Of a stretch of 64,000 nucleotides of DNA, positions 12,492-24,346 are shown piece by piece. A program made the translations under genes and the position numbers. The stretch is from Antedon mediterranea (Eukaryota > Animalia > Echinodermata), in contig NC_092679.1 in the NCBI RefSeq assembly GCF_964355755.1, forward strand, positions 10,895,432 through 10,959,431, written 5' to 3'. Below the pieces are notes generated by a model that saw only the letters and a list, made by a program, of their open reading frames with translations, searched no databases and was not told the DNA's origin. Positions within the stretch are counted from its first letter, which is position 1. Every line of letters begins with the position of its first letter.

Positions 12492-13247
12492 TGTTAGATC
12501 TTTCCCATGCAGCGCGCCCCCAGCGTTTGAAATTGTATTTGTGAGGTAGAACGAACTTTGACTTCGCGTCGGAAGAGCGCAACTAGCATCAGTCGGCGAT
12601 GCACGTTACGTGGGTTTATTGATGGTAGAAAATGCCAGATTTGCGAGCGTAAATGCCAAATTACACATTGTGTTCAGTTGCAGATGATTACTAAATTGAG
12701 ATAATGTTTGAAAGGAGAATATTGACATAAGATTTGAGGCTTAGAGCGGTCCGGGGAGCGGTCATATTCACGTAAGGATTGTTCTATGCATATTATTGAT
12801 TTGACATGTTAATTAATTAATTGTTTGTATTTGCTGTAATTCAGGTGATGATACTGTTCACATTGTTTGCCATATTTTAATGTATTACTATGATTAGTAC
12901 GGTAACTGAAGAAGTTAAGTAATACGGAATTTAATATAATAATTGAGCGTAAGCATTGAATGACGACGATAATGAAGGAATTTATGTTAGACGATTATAA
13001 CATGTGCTTTGTGACGATTTGTATGATTCCTTTTACTTCAGTTTTATTTTATGGTAACTTGTATTTATACTTTGTATTTAGTCACCGAACGAACTAACAA
13101 AAGGTAGTCAGACAGACACGGTTGGAACATAATAAATTGAAGATTGTTTAACTGATGGTCATAGTGTTGCCTTGTTCGCGTTTGTGTGATTTGACTAAAC
13201 GACGCCCTCTACATTCCAAACTTGCTCCGAGCCCAAGAGCAGTTACA
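12492..13247 (+). repeat. 3' LTR of BEL/Pao element
   Basis: Copy of 7457-8183 with several short insertions. Confidence 0.95.
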
Positions 13248-13469
13248 AACCCCTTCTGATAGTAACCCACCCTAAAATAACCCAGGGTTACAATTAGAAG
13301 ATAAATTACGGTATTTAGGTCACCGATATTTTATCTAAAAAAAACGATAGGCAGTTTGCTGTTGCAGCACGTCGTCGCATATGCATTTGCCTTGATTTGA
13401 GGGGGGTCTGTATAGTTACCGAAAACAACCGAACCGAAAACAAACTAGAAATTCTTACAAAAAAACGCT

Positions 13470-13900
13470 GCTCGTTTGTTGAAACCTATAAATATCTTGG
13501 TACTTACATATCAAGAAACATATCAGATCATTTTTACATCGACCAAATCATCAATAAAGGTAATAGGCCTAGAGTCATTGCTTATATTAAGTCAATTATA
13601 GACCGATTTGATAATTTTAGTAGAATTTTCTATGGTGACATTTTATGGAAAACAATTGCTCTTCCTACAATAAATTATGCTTGTTCAGTGTGGGTCAGCC
13701 AAAGCAGGAAAGATATTTATAAAATTTGAGTCATGTCAATTACAAATGGCTCGGTACATCTTAAAAGCTAATAGAATACACCTAAAGAGGCCTTGTATGG
13801 GGATTTAGGGTGGGTTCCAATAAAAGTTATTCAAGATATATAGCCAAATTTATTAATTACGTAATGAACACGGCGGATAAACACCGTTGGCCTAATTTTA
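13470..13900 (+). pseudogene. Non-LTR retrotransposon post-RT region fragment
   Basis: ETYKYLG...PTINYACSVW...QMARYIL...EALYGDLGW with stops and frameshifts. Confidence 0.75.
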
Positions 13901-14170
13901 TGCTTAATATTTTGTTATGCTCTACTACAAATGTAGAACCACGTACGCTATAAACTGATCCCCATTTTTGCTAGACGTGTGCGTCTATTAATATGGACAT
14001 CGATTCGACGCACCCCCCCCCCCCCCAAGTCCCAAAAGTCCACTATTTCCTCGGTTGGTATTTTTTCTTGTTTTGTTTAACTAAAGACAATATCATTATA
14101 TATATACAAAATTTACATTATCAATGGTATACAAACAAAAATATGTTAATATAAAATGAAAAAATACCGG

Positions 14171-14328
14171 TAATAAGGTTTATCGCAAATAGCTTCTACA
14201 ATGCATGATGGGAAGGGTACGGGTACGCGTACGTACGTGATTTGTTGTTTGTACGTACGCGTCGTGACGTTTGCTCCCAAACCCTTCCCATCATGCATTG
14301 TAGAAGCTATTTGCAATAAACCTTATTA
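14171..14328. mobile_element. ~158-bp hairpin MITE
   Basis: ~48-bp arms TAATAAGGTTTAT(C/T)GCAAATAGCTTCTACAATGCATGATGGGAAGGGT with one mismatch. Confidence 0.85.
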
Positions 14329-14379
14329 AATTACGGAATCTGAACTGACTACAAACTCGATGTGAAACATGCGCAGTCG

Positions 14380-15330
14380 ATCGGTGTTCCACAAGGATCA
14401 ATACTGGGTCCGCTTTTGTTTATCATATACATAAACGATATCGCAAACGTTAGCACTATTTTTAAAACTATAATATATGCAGACGATACAACACTTATAA
14501 GCACCCTCAGGACATGTAATCCAATTAACAACATTCTCAACATTGAACTTGATAAAGTTAGTGAATGGCTTAAATTAAACAAATTATCTTTAAATGTGTT
14601 GAAGTCGAAGTATATGATATTTCATATGAGTAAACGTCGTGTTGATACGTTGGATATAGAAATTGACAATGTTAAGATTCAGCGGGTTCATAATTTCAAC
14701 TTCCTTGGTATAATAATTAATGAACATCTAAATTGGAATAGCCATGGTGATTATATTTCAAATAAGATTTCCAAAACTATTGGCATTTTAAATAAACTCA
14801 AGCGCTTTATCCCAGCAAATGTTATGAATATTTTATATAACTCTTTAGTTGTTTCACACATAAATTATGGTATACTGCTTTGGGGTTATGTTTGTAAAAG
14901 AGTAACAATATTGCAGAAAAAAGCTTTACTTATTATTACTCAAAGTAAATACAATGCCCATTCAGAACCTCTTTTAAAAAAATTCAGATTTCTAAATTTA
15001 TGTGATATTCATAAACTATGCCAATTAAAATGTTACTATAAATATTCAAATAATATGTTACCTGATTATTTTCAAAGGTTTTTTTTAGAACTAAATTCAG
15101 CTTTACATTCGTATAACACACGTATTAAAGACAACTTTCATGTTGTGAGGGTCAATCATGAGTTTGCAAAGAAGTGTATTATGTATAGCCTACCTTTATT
15201 AATTAACAATACTGTAAATTTGATTACTGAAAAGGTAAATACACATTCTTTGAAAGGTTTTTCTACATATTTAAAAAATAATTTTATTTCAGAATATAAT
15301 GATGTATGTTATATCCAAAATTGTTATCAA
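14380..15330 (+). pseudogene. 5'-truncated CR1/L2-group LINE ORF2 (RT C-half and tail)
   Basis: GVPQGSILGPLLFIIYIND, YADD, WL..NKLSLN..K, FLGI.I..HLNW, LY.SL..HINYG..LWG, LQKKA; frame still open. Confidence 0.93.
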
Positions 15331-16400
15331 TATATAAATTTACGTAAGGGCAAAATTCGGTAAATCGCGCGTTATTTCTAGAATGTTTACTCGATGGTAT
15401 ATAAAGTTGGTTCGTACTTTCGGTACTGATTTTAACCACCTGATGTAACCCTGTTTACTAATTAAATTTAGTTCGATAATTAGTTATTGACGATTAAAAC
15501 GAATTTAGGTTCAACGATTTGCCCCAAATAGGGGTGTTTTTCGATCGTGGTATACACTGTCTAATGGATGTCCGTCTTGAAAAATACCCGCAGACGATAA
15601 TACGAGGAGGCTTCGCATTTTCCTATCTCCTCTTACGATAATTGTTTTTAATGGCTGAAAACCGGTTGAACAGCTCGAGTACAGCATCATAATGTGGAAG
15701 ACAGGCCGATCTTCTTTAAAAAATACTATTTTGATAGATTTAATATACGTTTATACAAATGTATTGATTTGCGATACATTCCAATCTCTGTTCCACAAGT
15801 GTCTATTCCCTCAGGCGTCGTAAAGGCAAGTACTGTATTCTCATAACAGAAATTCGATCCATTTTTTTTTTCAATCTGTGCTGCAGAGGTTGGATATAAA
15901 TTTTGTTTAAACGGATAATGAGCTAGCGTTTTCAATCGCCGTATATTATGTACAAATCGTTATTATTGCAGTTAAACCACCCACATCATCACCCTTCCCT
16001 CACTGGCATGAGTAGCGTTGTAAAACCAGTAGAGGATAGGCCTAAGGTACATCACATGCCCTAAACGCAGAACAACTTTGGTGGGTAGGGTAGGAACCCC
16101 GGTAGGAACCAACTTAATGAATTGGCTCAAGAAACAATTGAAAACCATTAGGCCTAACTAATTAAGTTGAGTTGGATAATTTAATATTTATTGACGATTA
16201 AATCGAATTTATGATTTTCCCCGAATAGAGGTGGTTTTCACAAATTGTTTTACATTATATAAACATATACACGTCGTAGTGATGTATCGTTACATGTACT
16301 GTACTATTTCAATCGACTAGGACGGTGATAGTTTCAACAAAGTATTACATCGCAATGTTTTACTGTGTTTAGTGGTATATTATTTGTAAAACATGAAAAC

Positions 16401-16725
16401 AATAATAATAATAATAACTGGTACTTGATATAGCGCATTATGCTGAAAGCCTCAATGCGCTTTACAAAGACAGAAAAATTTAGAAAATTACAAATTAAAA
16501 AGATGGGTTTTGAGGAGAGATTTGAAGACACTGGTGGAAGTAGCCTGACGGATTTCAATAGGCAACGCATTCCATAGAGAAACGGATGCCGAAGAAAATG
16601 AACGATTTCCATAAAACTTAGTGGAAGGATGAAATATATGGGCAAGAAGAGACTCAGATCTAGATCTCAGAGACCGCTTAGGAACATAAGGTTGAATAAG
16701 TTCAATTAATATTTCGTTACTAAAT
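16401..16725 (-). mobile_element. L2-clade LINE 3' end
   Basis: Minus-strand PYVPKRSLRS...YGNRSFS.....LWNALP...FKSLLKTHLF*, then GTAAAGCGCATT...AATGCGCTATAT stem-loop and a (TTA)n tail. Confidence 0.88.
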
Positions 16726-17076
16726 GGATAAAGAATATATTTAAAAATTGTTCCTCTTTCCCGTCCTCTTTGCACCCATCCTCTTCCCCATCCCTCAACC
16801 CTAATTTTACATACAAAACACAAATTAAGTTTGTTTAAATTTGACTTAAACAATTTATCTCATTTTGTGACAAGTTTCTTTTTCGGAAGTAATTCCCAGG
16901 GTGCTAATTTTAGTTGAGTACATAAATCACAGTGTCTATTTATTCGTTCCTGTAAACGACATGTATCATTGTCCTGCGGTACGTATTATTGTCCTGCGGT
17001 CGGTACGTATATTTGAAATCGCCAGTTTTTTAACGCTGAAATTATTATGTATTCGAGAACCATCTGTGGGCACGAC

Positions 17077-17114
17077 CTAGATGGTACGCGAGCGAAGCGA
17101 GCGTACCATCTAGT
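17077..17114 (+). mobile_element. Hairpin ending in CTAGT (Helitron-like 3' terminus)
   Basis: CTAGATGGTACGC-GAGCGAAGCGA-GCGTACCATCTAG|T. Confidence 0.45.
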
Positions 17115-17266
17115 ATATGTAATTGAGATGGGTTGTAGCTGTTCTGATATGATTTTGTTAATGTTATGATTTGTTAATTTTTAAATTATATTATATACAT
17201 GAGAATTATATATTATTTAAAATGTTCGGGTGGCTTCCATGCATGCGGCTTTTGGCCTTAATGGAA

Positions 17267-17612
17267 GGTTGTGTTTATGAACATTTAAAGTATCTGGATA
17301 TGCCAGAGGTCTCTCCTGACAAGGCTAAATCAAAATTCTCCCTACCGTTTACAGACTTCTAGTTATCCGGCTACTCATGGCCTTATTTTCAGCCTGATTT
17401 GCGTGATTATCTCATAAAATACATTGTTTAATCCAGCAAGGTCGCCTTCAACTCCCCTGAGGACAAGCCAACCCTCCAAATTTGCCGGGCTGAGGTTGGT
17501 CCGGATAACCCAGGTGGTAGTACTCAAAAAAGCCATTAAGGGTCGTTAAGGCATGATTAATGACCCCAAAAGATGACAAGTTATCCGGATACTTGCTGTT
17601 CGTAAACGGGCC
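17267..17612. mobile_element. Decayed MITE (Harbinger-like)
   Basis: Imperfect TIR GG..GTTTA(T/C)GAACA...AAGTATC(T/C)GGATA at both ends. Confidence 0.45.
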
Positions 17613-17844
17613 TGAAGTCTCCCTGGTCCTTTTGTATATTTTTTGCTTTGTATTTTTTTATTTATTTTTTATTTTTTTCTTTTGGATCAAATAACTGATT
17701 TGTGACTTGTGACCATGTGACGACAAGCAATAGCTTAGCGCTTCATGTACGCGGTACGCGGTAAAGTGTTTGCTGGAAATACAAACAACCGGCGAATTAG
17801 GGGAATGTGCGACGTCAAATAACGCAAATTTTGCCGGGACCCTA

Positions 17845-17929
17845 ACGGGGCCTTTGGCGGGCCCCTGGCCCCCAGCCATTGTTGCTCGCTTCGCTCGCAC
17901 CCCCATTATAAATGCTGCATACGGGCCTG
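17845..17929 (+). mobile_element. Right-end fragment of a hAT-like MITE
   Basis: GGCCCCTGGCCCCCAGCC...GCTCGCTTCGCTCGC motif shared with 26390-26432; ends ACGGGCCTG. Confidence 0.5.
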
Positions 17930-18009
17930 AATTACCATAATAATCATTGGGCTAAGAGATTTAAAAAGGTGATGCATGCGGGATGCATGACACAACATTG
18001 CATTTTGGA

Positions 18010-18850
18010 AAAGTGAAATGCTAAGGAAGTCGTCACTTTAGACATAAATTAAGTCTAATCCATGCCTTGAAAAATATCTATTGGATTGTACAGACTTTCT
18101 AGGTGCTAGCCTCAAATTCAAGCTACGTTCCTAACACCCATCCTTTAGTTTACAGGAGTTGTAAGTGGCTTCCTGATTATGATGGTATCTGTAAAATGTG
18201 TAAGAATGGTTTAGAAGACATTCAACATTTTCTATTCACATGTAACCAACTCAATGGCATAAGGATTGAAGAATATACCAAATTAGAATATGTTAATCGA
18301 TGTCAATCATTTAGATGTGTATGGGAAGATTTTATCTCTGGTGACCTGAACACCAAATTAAATCTTGTATTAGGTGGAACTGATAAATATACTATATGAC
18401 TGACGTCGATTCCACAAATGTCTTTGATCGTTACTGTAGGCACTATGTTAAAAGAGCATGGGTACACAGATGTGTTGTTCTGAGCAAGTAATGTTCATAT
18501 CAATTAAACCAAATGATTGATATATCTATCTCATTATAGGGTTAGGTCTACATTGTTGTTGCCCAATTTTATATTGTACAGTTCCTAACTTTTCCTATAT
18601 GTTTATTTCTTGTTGTTTTGTATTTTTAGGTGTCAGTGGGTTTCCTACAGATTTAGTGATAATTATCAATATTGTAGTTACTGTATTCATTGGGGAAATT
18701 TCCTCCATGCTGTAGTCGAATTGTTTTGACATGTTGACCTACATTGATTTTTTTTATTATAATTGTTGTTTACTATATTATAATTTTTGTGTGTATAGTA
18801 GAGTGCCACTGTTGTAAAAGTGTAAATTCCAAATAAATTATTATCATTAC
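18010..18850 (+). pseudogene. LINE C-terminal zinc knuckle and 3' UTR
   Basis: LEKYL...KLRSN...CKMC..GLEDIQHFLFTC (CCHC), then a T-rich UTR ending AAATAAATTATTATCATTA. Confidence 0.7.
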
Positions 18851-20019
18851 AAGTGAGCCTTGGTTGGGTTGTCAGGATCTGACGAGTACACCAAAATTAG
18901 GGGCGGATCCAGGATTTTGAAATAAGGGTGGGTGGAGTTGGTTTCGGGGAGCAAAGGTCAAGTTTCCCGCTATGACATGTCCATTTCAAATTGAGAAGCC
19001 GAAAAAAAGCTAAACCGTCAAAGGGGTATTTTTATTTTATAGTTTACACCAAATCCTCCACTCGAAATTAATTCAATAGTCTATTACAGTATTTATTAAA
19101 CTTTGTTTTGCGGTGGCCATATAACAGCTAGAAGTAGGCCTACTAAGACTTAAATAGATTTGTAATGCCTGACAGACATCAGCGGGCTCTTTAACTCGGA
19201 TAAAATGATAAAAAGTATTGGAACCATGGTGGGGCCTGTAGCGAATTTACTTCAATGACACTCCTAGATGGCCGGAAATGGGTACTTTGCTCTCACGTAA
19301 AATTCATGATAAATGGCACCTCCGGTAATGACGCTCCCATATCAGTTGATTCTTGAATTTATTTTATTTGATTTCTTTTTTTTTGGAATGTAAAAATTGA
19401 GCGCAGCCCGAGATTTTCCCTTAACGTCATACGATAAGCGACCAGGAAAAAATGTTCCCTAATATATTACGTATTTTTGTTGATATGTGTGTGGTGTTCA
19501 TTAAACGAATAACTGTTTTATACTTTTAAAATATAACAATTTATTTGAATGTATATAGTGATAAAAATGATCACGCATATACATATACTAAATGCTAGAC
19601 AAAAATATGTGGTCACGCATGTATTTGTTCAAATCCAACAACGAAATTATGCTGCAAATCTGATTAGATCCGATAATGATCGGATGACGAAAAAGATATT
19701 CTTCCAAGATAATAAATGCTCGAAGCGTGCTAGAAATACGAACGGGTTGTTCCCGATAATGTTGGAATGGTCAGAAAAGCCTTCATTAACAAATCAAAGG
19801 CCCGCTTATTTTGAATCGGCATTTATTTATTATATATGCCATCTAGAACACTCTGTCAGAGTTACAGATTAAATTTTTATATTATATTGTTTCATTAAAA
19901 ATCTTTGAAATGCGGCACGATGCGGTACATGAGGAATAACTGTTTTATACTTTTAAAATATAACAATTTATTTGAAAGTAAATAGTGATAAAAATGATCA
20001 CAAACATAGGCCTACATTA

Positions 20020-20105
20020 TCTCGGGGTGAGACGTTAATATTATGTGCACGGTAAAGAACTCAGTATACACTCTTCGAAAAGAGTATAGCTAGTCTTCTG
20101 GTATA
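20020..20105 (+). mobile_element. SINE central-domain fragment (Deu-domain-like)
   Basis: GAGACGTTAA...TGCACGGTAAAGAAC.CAGTA.ACACTCTTCGAAAAGAGTA resembles the Deu-SINE core as recalled from memory. Confidence 0.5.
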
Positions 20106-21987
20106 ATGTCCAATTCACCACTAGAATTTACTAGTATTTTAATACAAATTAAAATCAAGGTTAAAAAAATAATAAAAAATATAAAGTTAGTAAATTAGAC
20201 AAACAATTACTACGTCCATTCTATTTATGAAACAAGTTAAATTCTTAATGCCAGCAGTGTACGTTTTATAAAGGATTCATTTTAAGTGCCCTTTTGAAAC
20301 GACAGATTAATGTTGGTTTGAAGTTGTTAAACAGTTCAGCGTAATCTTTAAAAACCTTAACCATAAAGTATTGAGAACATCATGAGAACACAACTGAAGT
20401 CTGTAGGCCTAACATCTTTTTAGTATTAAATGTCATTTTCAAGGTACAAACGATTCAAGATATCAGATGTATTATCAACATCTAGTCAGGTTTGTTTAAC
20501 TACAACAAACAGTAAATAACATTCTTTTAAGTATTAAATAATGCATGAGAACACAACTGAAAATCTTTTTTGTATTAAAAAATGTTTTCGAGTTACAAAC
20601 TTGATTCAAGATATATTATCAACATCTAGCCAAACTAATTTTAAATGTGCCAAGGTATGTTTTTATACATACTGAAAGTTAAATGTTTTTGAGGTACAAG
20701 GCCTAAACTCAATAAAATATCATTTGTGAATTTTGTTTAGAAAAAGTACAAACTTTATTACACATGTTTGCAAAATGATTTATATTCTATATGGGGAAAA
20801 ATACAAATTGTCTTTAGATAAAAAAAGGGTATGTTTTGGTATTGAAAATCATAAAACTAATCATGCAATTTATAACTTAATAGTAGGAGGGTAGGCGTTT
20901 ATAATCAGTCAGTACAAAATGAAAATAAACAAGAAATATTTCTTACAAAAAACGCTGCTCGCTTATTGAAAAATATTTTTTATTTCAAATGTTTTTGAAT
21001 GTGTCATTTTATTGTCACATAATAGTTATTTTACCTGAAAAAAATGTAATTTAAAGCAACAAATACTTAAATTGTCTGTCAGACAATGGTTTTGGGGTTT
21101 CTTTTCTTTTTTTATATGTGAATAAATATTATTTTTTTGTTACAGAAGTGAATACTCAATTTCTGTCACTTTAGTTAATTTTATTGCTAAGGTCAAATCT
21201 GGGGGTCACTTCATCACCCTAGATATTTCAATTGTGAAGTATCCTATTACAAACACAAACTTTAATGGACTGTTTCGATAATAATTCAATGAATATCTGA
21301 CAGTGAATATACCAGAAATGCTTAGGGATTTGTAATTTTAGCATGACATGTCCTAATAGACTCTTTCCCAGCCGTTTTTTGGGTCTACTGTAGCAGCTGG
21401 AATCAATAAATCATAGTGGAGTTTCCATTTTCACAAAACTGTCTGTCCTTAGAACTATAACTGCTGCTTGCTTTAGCTTCTGATTGAGTAGTCCTAATGG
21501 GACGTAGCGGGCTAGAGCAGCAGCGTGAAAATACCAAATTACTAGGAAGTATGAAACAACAGGTATAGACCGGCAGCCCAGAGACATTTGGTTAGATGAG
21601 CTAGGTACAAATATCTGACTATTTAAGTGTGTTGGGGGTCACTTGAAGTCAATGAAAATGGGAGTCTGCCGGGTACCCTCTGCTGCGTCTAGACCGGGGG
21701 GACCCCGAAACGTGCTAAAAATCGGCCCAGGTTAGATGAGAGAGATACCACCTAATTTTAGCACCATGGGATGCCTATTGGCATCCTTATACCAGTATCA
21801 CAAACGACAGACTTTTTCTCTGCTGCAAAAGGCCCGCCAAACCCCCCGAGGGAGGGCCTAAAATGGGGTTAGCATAGATGAGTGAGGTATCACTCAAAAT
21901 TAATTCCAAATGAACAAGTTGTGTTCATACAATACTAAATGGATAACAACAGACTAATTGTCTGCTGCACCGCAAGTGCCAGACACC

Positions 21988-23193
21988 CTAAAGTTAGACT
22001 AGAGACCCCCTTCCCCCAACTAGCCCAGCTTAGATATTGTAGATACCACCAGCAACCAATATTATATGATTTAGCACATTGTAAGCAATACCAAATGACC
22101 TATTACAGACTATCTGTACACTGCCTTGGCCCTGGCAGACCCCTCTAAAGTTCGACTAGAGACCCTCCTTTCCCCAACTATCCCAGCAGATATTGTAGAT
22201 ACCACCAGCAACCAATGTTATATGATTTAGCACATTGTAAGCAATACCAAATGACCTATTACAGACTATCTGTACACTGCCTTGGCACTGGCAGACCCCT
22301 CTAAAGTTCGACTGGAGACTCCATTTACCCCAAGTATGGCCTAGCTTAGATATTGTGATACCACCAGCAGAAAAGAAAACACCATGTTTAATTGAATAAA
22401 GTTTAACTTTAATCGAACTAACACAAAACAATTGAAAATATATCACATCAATGACGATAAAATGACCATTACCATTTTAAAGGGGAAAATAGTTTAAGAG
22501 TTTCACTTCAAACTTATATAGGCTAAGCCAAATATAAACAAGTACGGATTCGAATTTTGAATTTTGAATTTTTCAAAAGCTGGCGAGCAGTCTTAAAGTA
22601 ACAAGTAAACTGAAATTGCATTTACTCGAGAACTACTTGTCAAAAAAACTTCATTTTTGAACAAGAGGCAAGAGTTATAATTTCTGATTTGTAATTTTAA
22701 AACATAATTTGATTTAATGGGCACGTTTTTTGATGCGAGTAGTTTAAAAAACATATTTCTTTTCAAATTCACTCGTTTGATTTTCTCGTTGCTGTTCTAT
22801 TGTTAGTCAATAGACTAAAGTTAGACTAGAGACCCCCTTCCCCCAACTAGCCCAGCTTAGATATTGTAGATACCACCAGCAACCAATATTATATGATTTA
22901 GCACATTGTAAGCAATACCAAATGACCTATTACAGACTATTTGTACACTGTCTTGGCCCTGGCAGACCCCTCTAAAGTTCGACTAGAGACCCCCCTTTCC
23001 CCAACTATCCCAGCAGATATTGTAGATACCACCAGCAACCAATGTTATATGATTTAGCACATTGTAAGCAATACCAAATGACCTATTACAGACTATCTGT
23101 ACACTGCCTTGGCACTGGCAGACCCCTCTAAAGTTCGACTGGAGACTCCATTTACCCCAAGTATGGCCTAGCTTAGATATTGTAGATACCACC
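21988..23193 (+). repeat. ~157-bp tandem repeat; two near-identical blocks of ~2.4 units (21988-22369, 22815-23193)
   Basis: CTAAAGTT(A/C)GACT unit starts at 21988, 22145, 22301 and again from 22815. Confidence 0.92.
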
Positions 23194-23683
23194 ATTTAAA
23201 TGACATTATGCTGGATAATACTATAATCTTAAACTATGTTTACAAATTGTCATTTTTTAAGGCACACATCTTTCTCATCATACTGACCTGTAAAATAAAA
23301 ACAAAAATCAATTATTAATATAGGCCTAATAATAATAATAAATATTCATCGACCAAAGTAAAAATAATCTAGATCGTATAACATCATTTTATCGCGACCA
23401 AAATTAAACGCGACCGATTTCGAACGCGACTGATATCATCGTAAAACTCCGGCGGGGTTTCCCCATCTTCAGATGGTGCGTTGTAGTGCGACAACGGCGG
23501 AGTAATTCCGGGGGTTTCCCTTTGGTAAGCTAGCACATTAGTGCGACCGCGGAGTGATTAGTCGGTGTTTCCTCTCTAATGATGGGGGTGCGTGCCGATC
23601 GTGTGATCTGAGACTACACGTTCCGTGTTATTTTGTGCATCATTGCGACATTTTACGCACTTGTAAACTATTTTTTAACGTTT

Positions 23684-23894
23684 TGGGGCGACTTTGCGAT
23701 AGGGCGACTTTGCGATAGGGCGACTTTGCGATGGGGCGACTTTGCGTTGGGGCGACTTTGCGTTGGGGCGACTGTGCGATGGGGCGACTTTGTCGGGGCG
23801 ACTGTGTCGGGGCGACTTTGCGATGGGGCGACTTTGCGATGGGGCGACTTTGTATGGGGCGACTTTGCGATATGGGGCGACTTGACTAGCATCC
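23684..23894 (+). repeat. 15-bp minisatellite (GGGGCGACTTTGCGA) forming the right end of a MULE-type MITE
   Basis: About 13 units ending GGGGCGACTTGACTAGCATCC; no left TIR found in the window. Confidence 0.75.
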
Positions 23895-24159
23895 GTCAAC
23901 ATGATGTGTTCGACCGGGCTACGTGTGCCGCTACTTCTTTTGAACTTATTTCTTGGCCTCTATTTTTCAAGTTTTAATATGGGATTTTCATCCAGAAATC
24001 AATGACTAAGGCCAGTCGATGGATACTCTGAGCCGGTAAGCTGCAACATTCCTAGCACCGTTGTATGTAAATGTTGGAATTTGTATCTATGCGGTCAAAG
24101 CAGTACGACTACGAGTGTTGTTGCATTCCAACGTAGCAGCAGACAGTCAAGGAAGACTC

Positions 24160-24246
24160 TACAGTGCACCACGTTTGCTCTATTCTAATTCTACTGTTAC
24201 ATTCTGTATTCTTTTAAGTGGCGATGTTGAATCGAATCCAGGTCCA
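24160..24246 (+). other. 2A-like ribosomal StopGo sequence (ILLSGDVESNPG|P)
   Basis: Exact D(V/I)ExNPG|P consensus at 24223-24246, directly upstream of the APE domain. Confidence 0.9.
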
Positions 24247-24346
24247 GGTAATACTCAGACATCTTCAGTTAAGGTATACTATCAAAACATACGTAGCCTG
24301 AAGAATAAAATGGACGTATACAACTCAGATCTGAATGTACACCTAA

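Larger units (their letters stand above)
7457..13247 (+). mobile_element. BEL/Pao LTR retrotransposon, two LTRs, defective
   Basis: Two near-identical TG...CA LTRs, 5-bp TSD AACCC (7452-7456 and 13248-13252), purine tract before the 3' LTR, and gag-PR-RT-RNaseH order with BEL-specific motifs. Confidence 0.97.
7107..13300. mobile_element. AGTAACCC-repeat TIR-like element acting as host of the BEL insertion
   Basis: CTTCTAATAGTAACCC (7107-7122) vs GGGTTACAATTAGAAG (13285-13300) are inverted with one mismatch; AGTAACCC motifs continue on both sides of the BEL; a related piece lies near 35490-35530. Confidence 0.55.

Noticed and set aside
21150-21500. Possible minus-strand coding remnant
   Set aside because: Stops in the frames examined and no recognisable motif.
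22156-23195. Duplicated minus-strand ORFs
   Set aside because: They lie in the 157-bp tandem repeat and have no recognisable domain.
23633-23977. WGDF/KSP repeat ORFs on both strands
   Set aside because: By-products of a 15-bp minisatellite.
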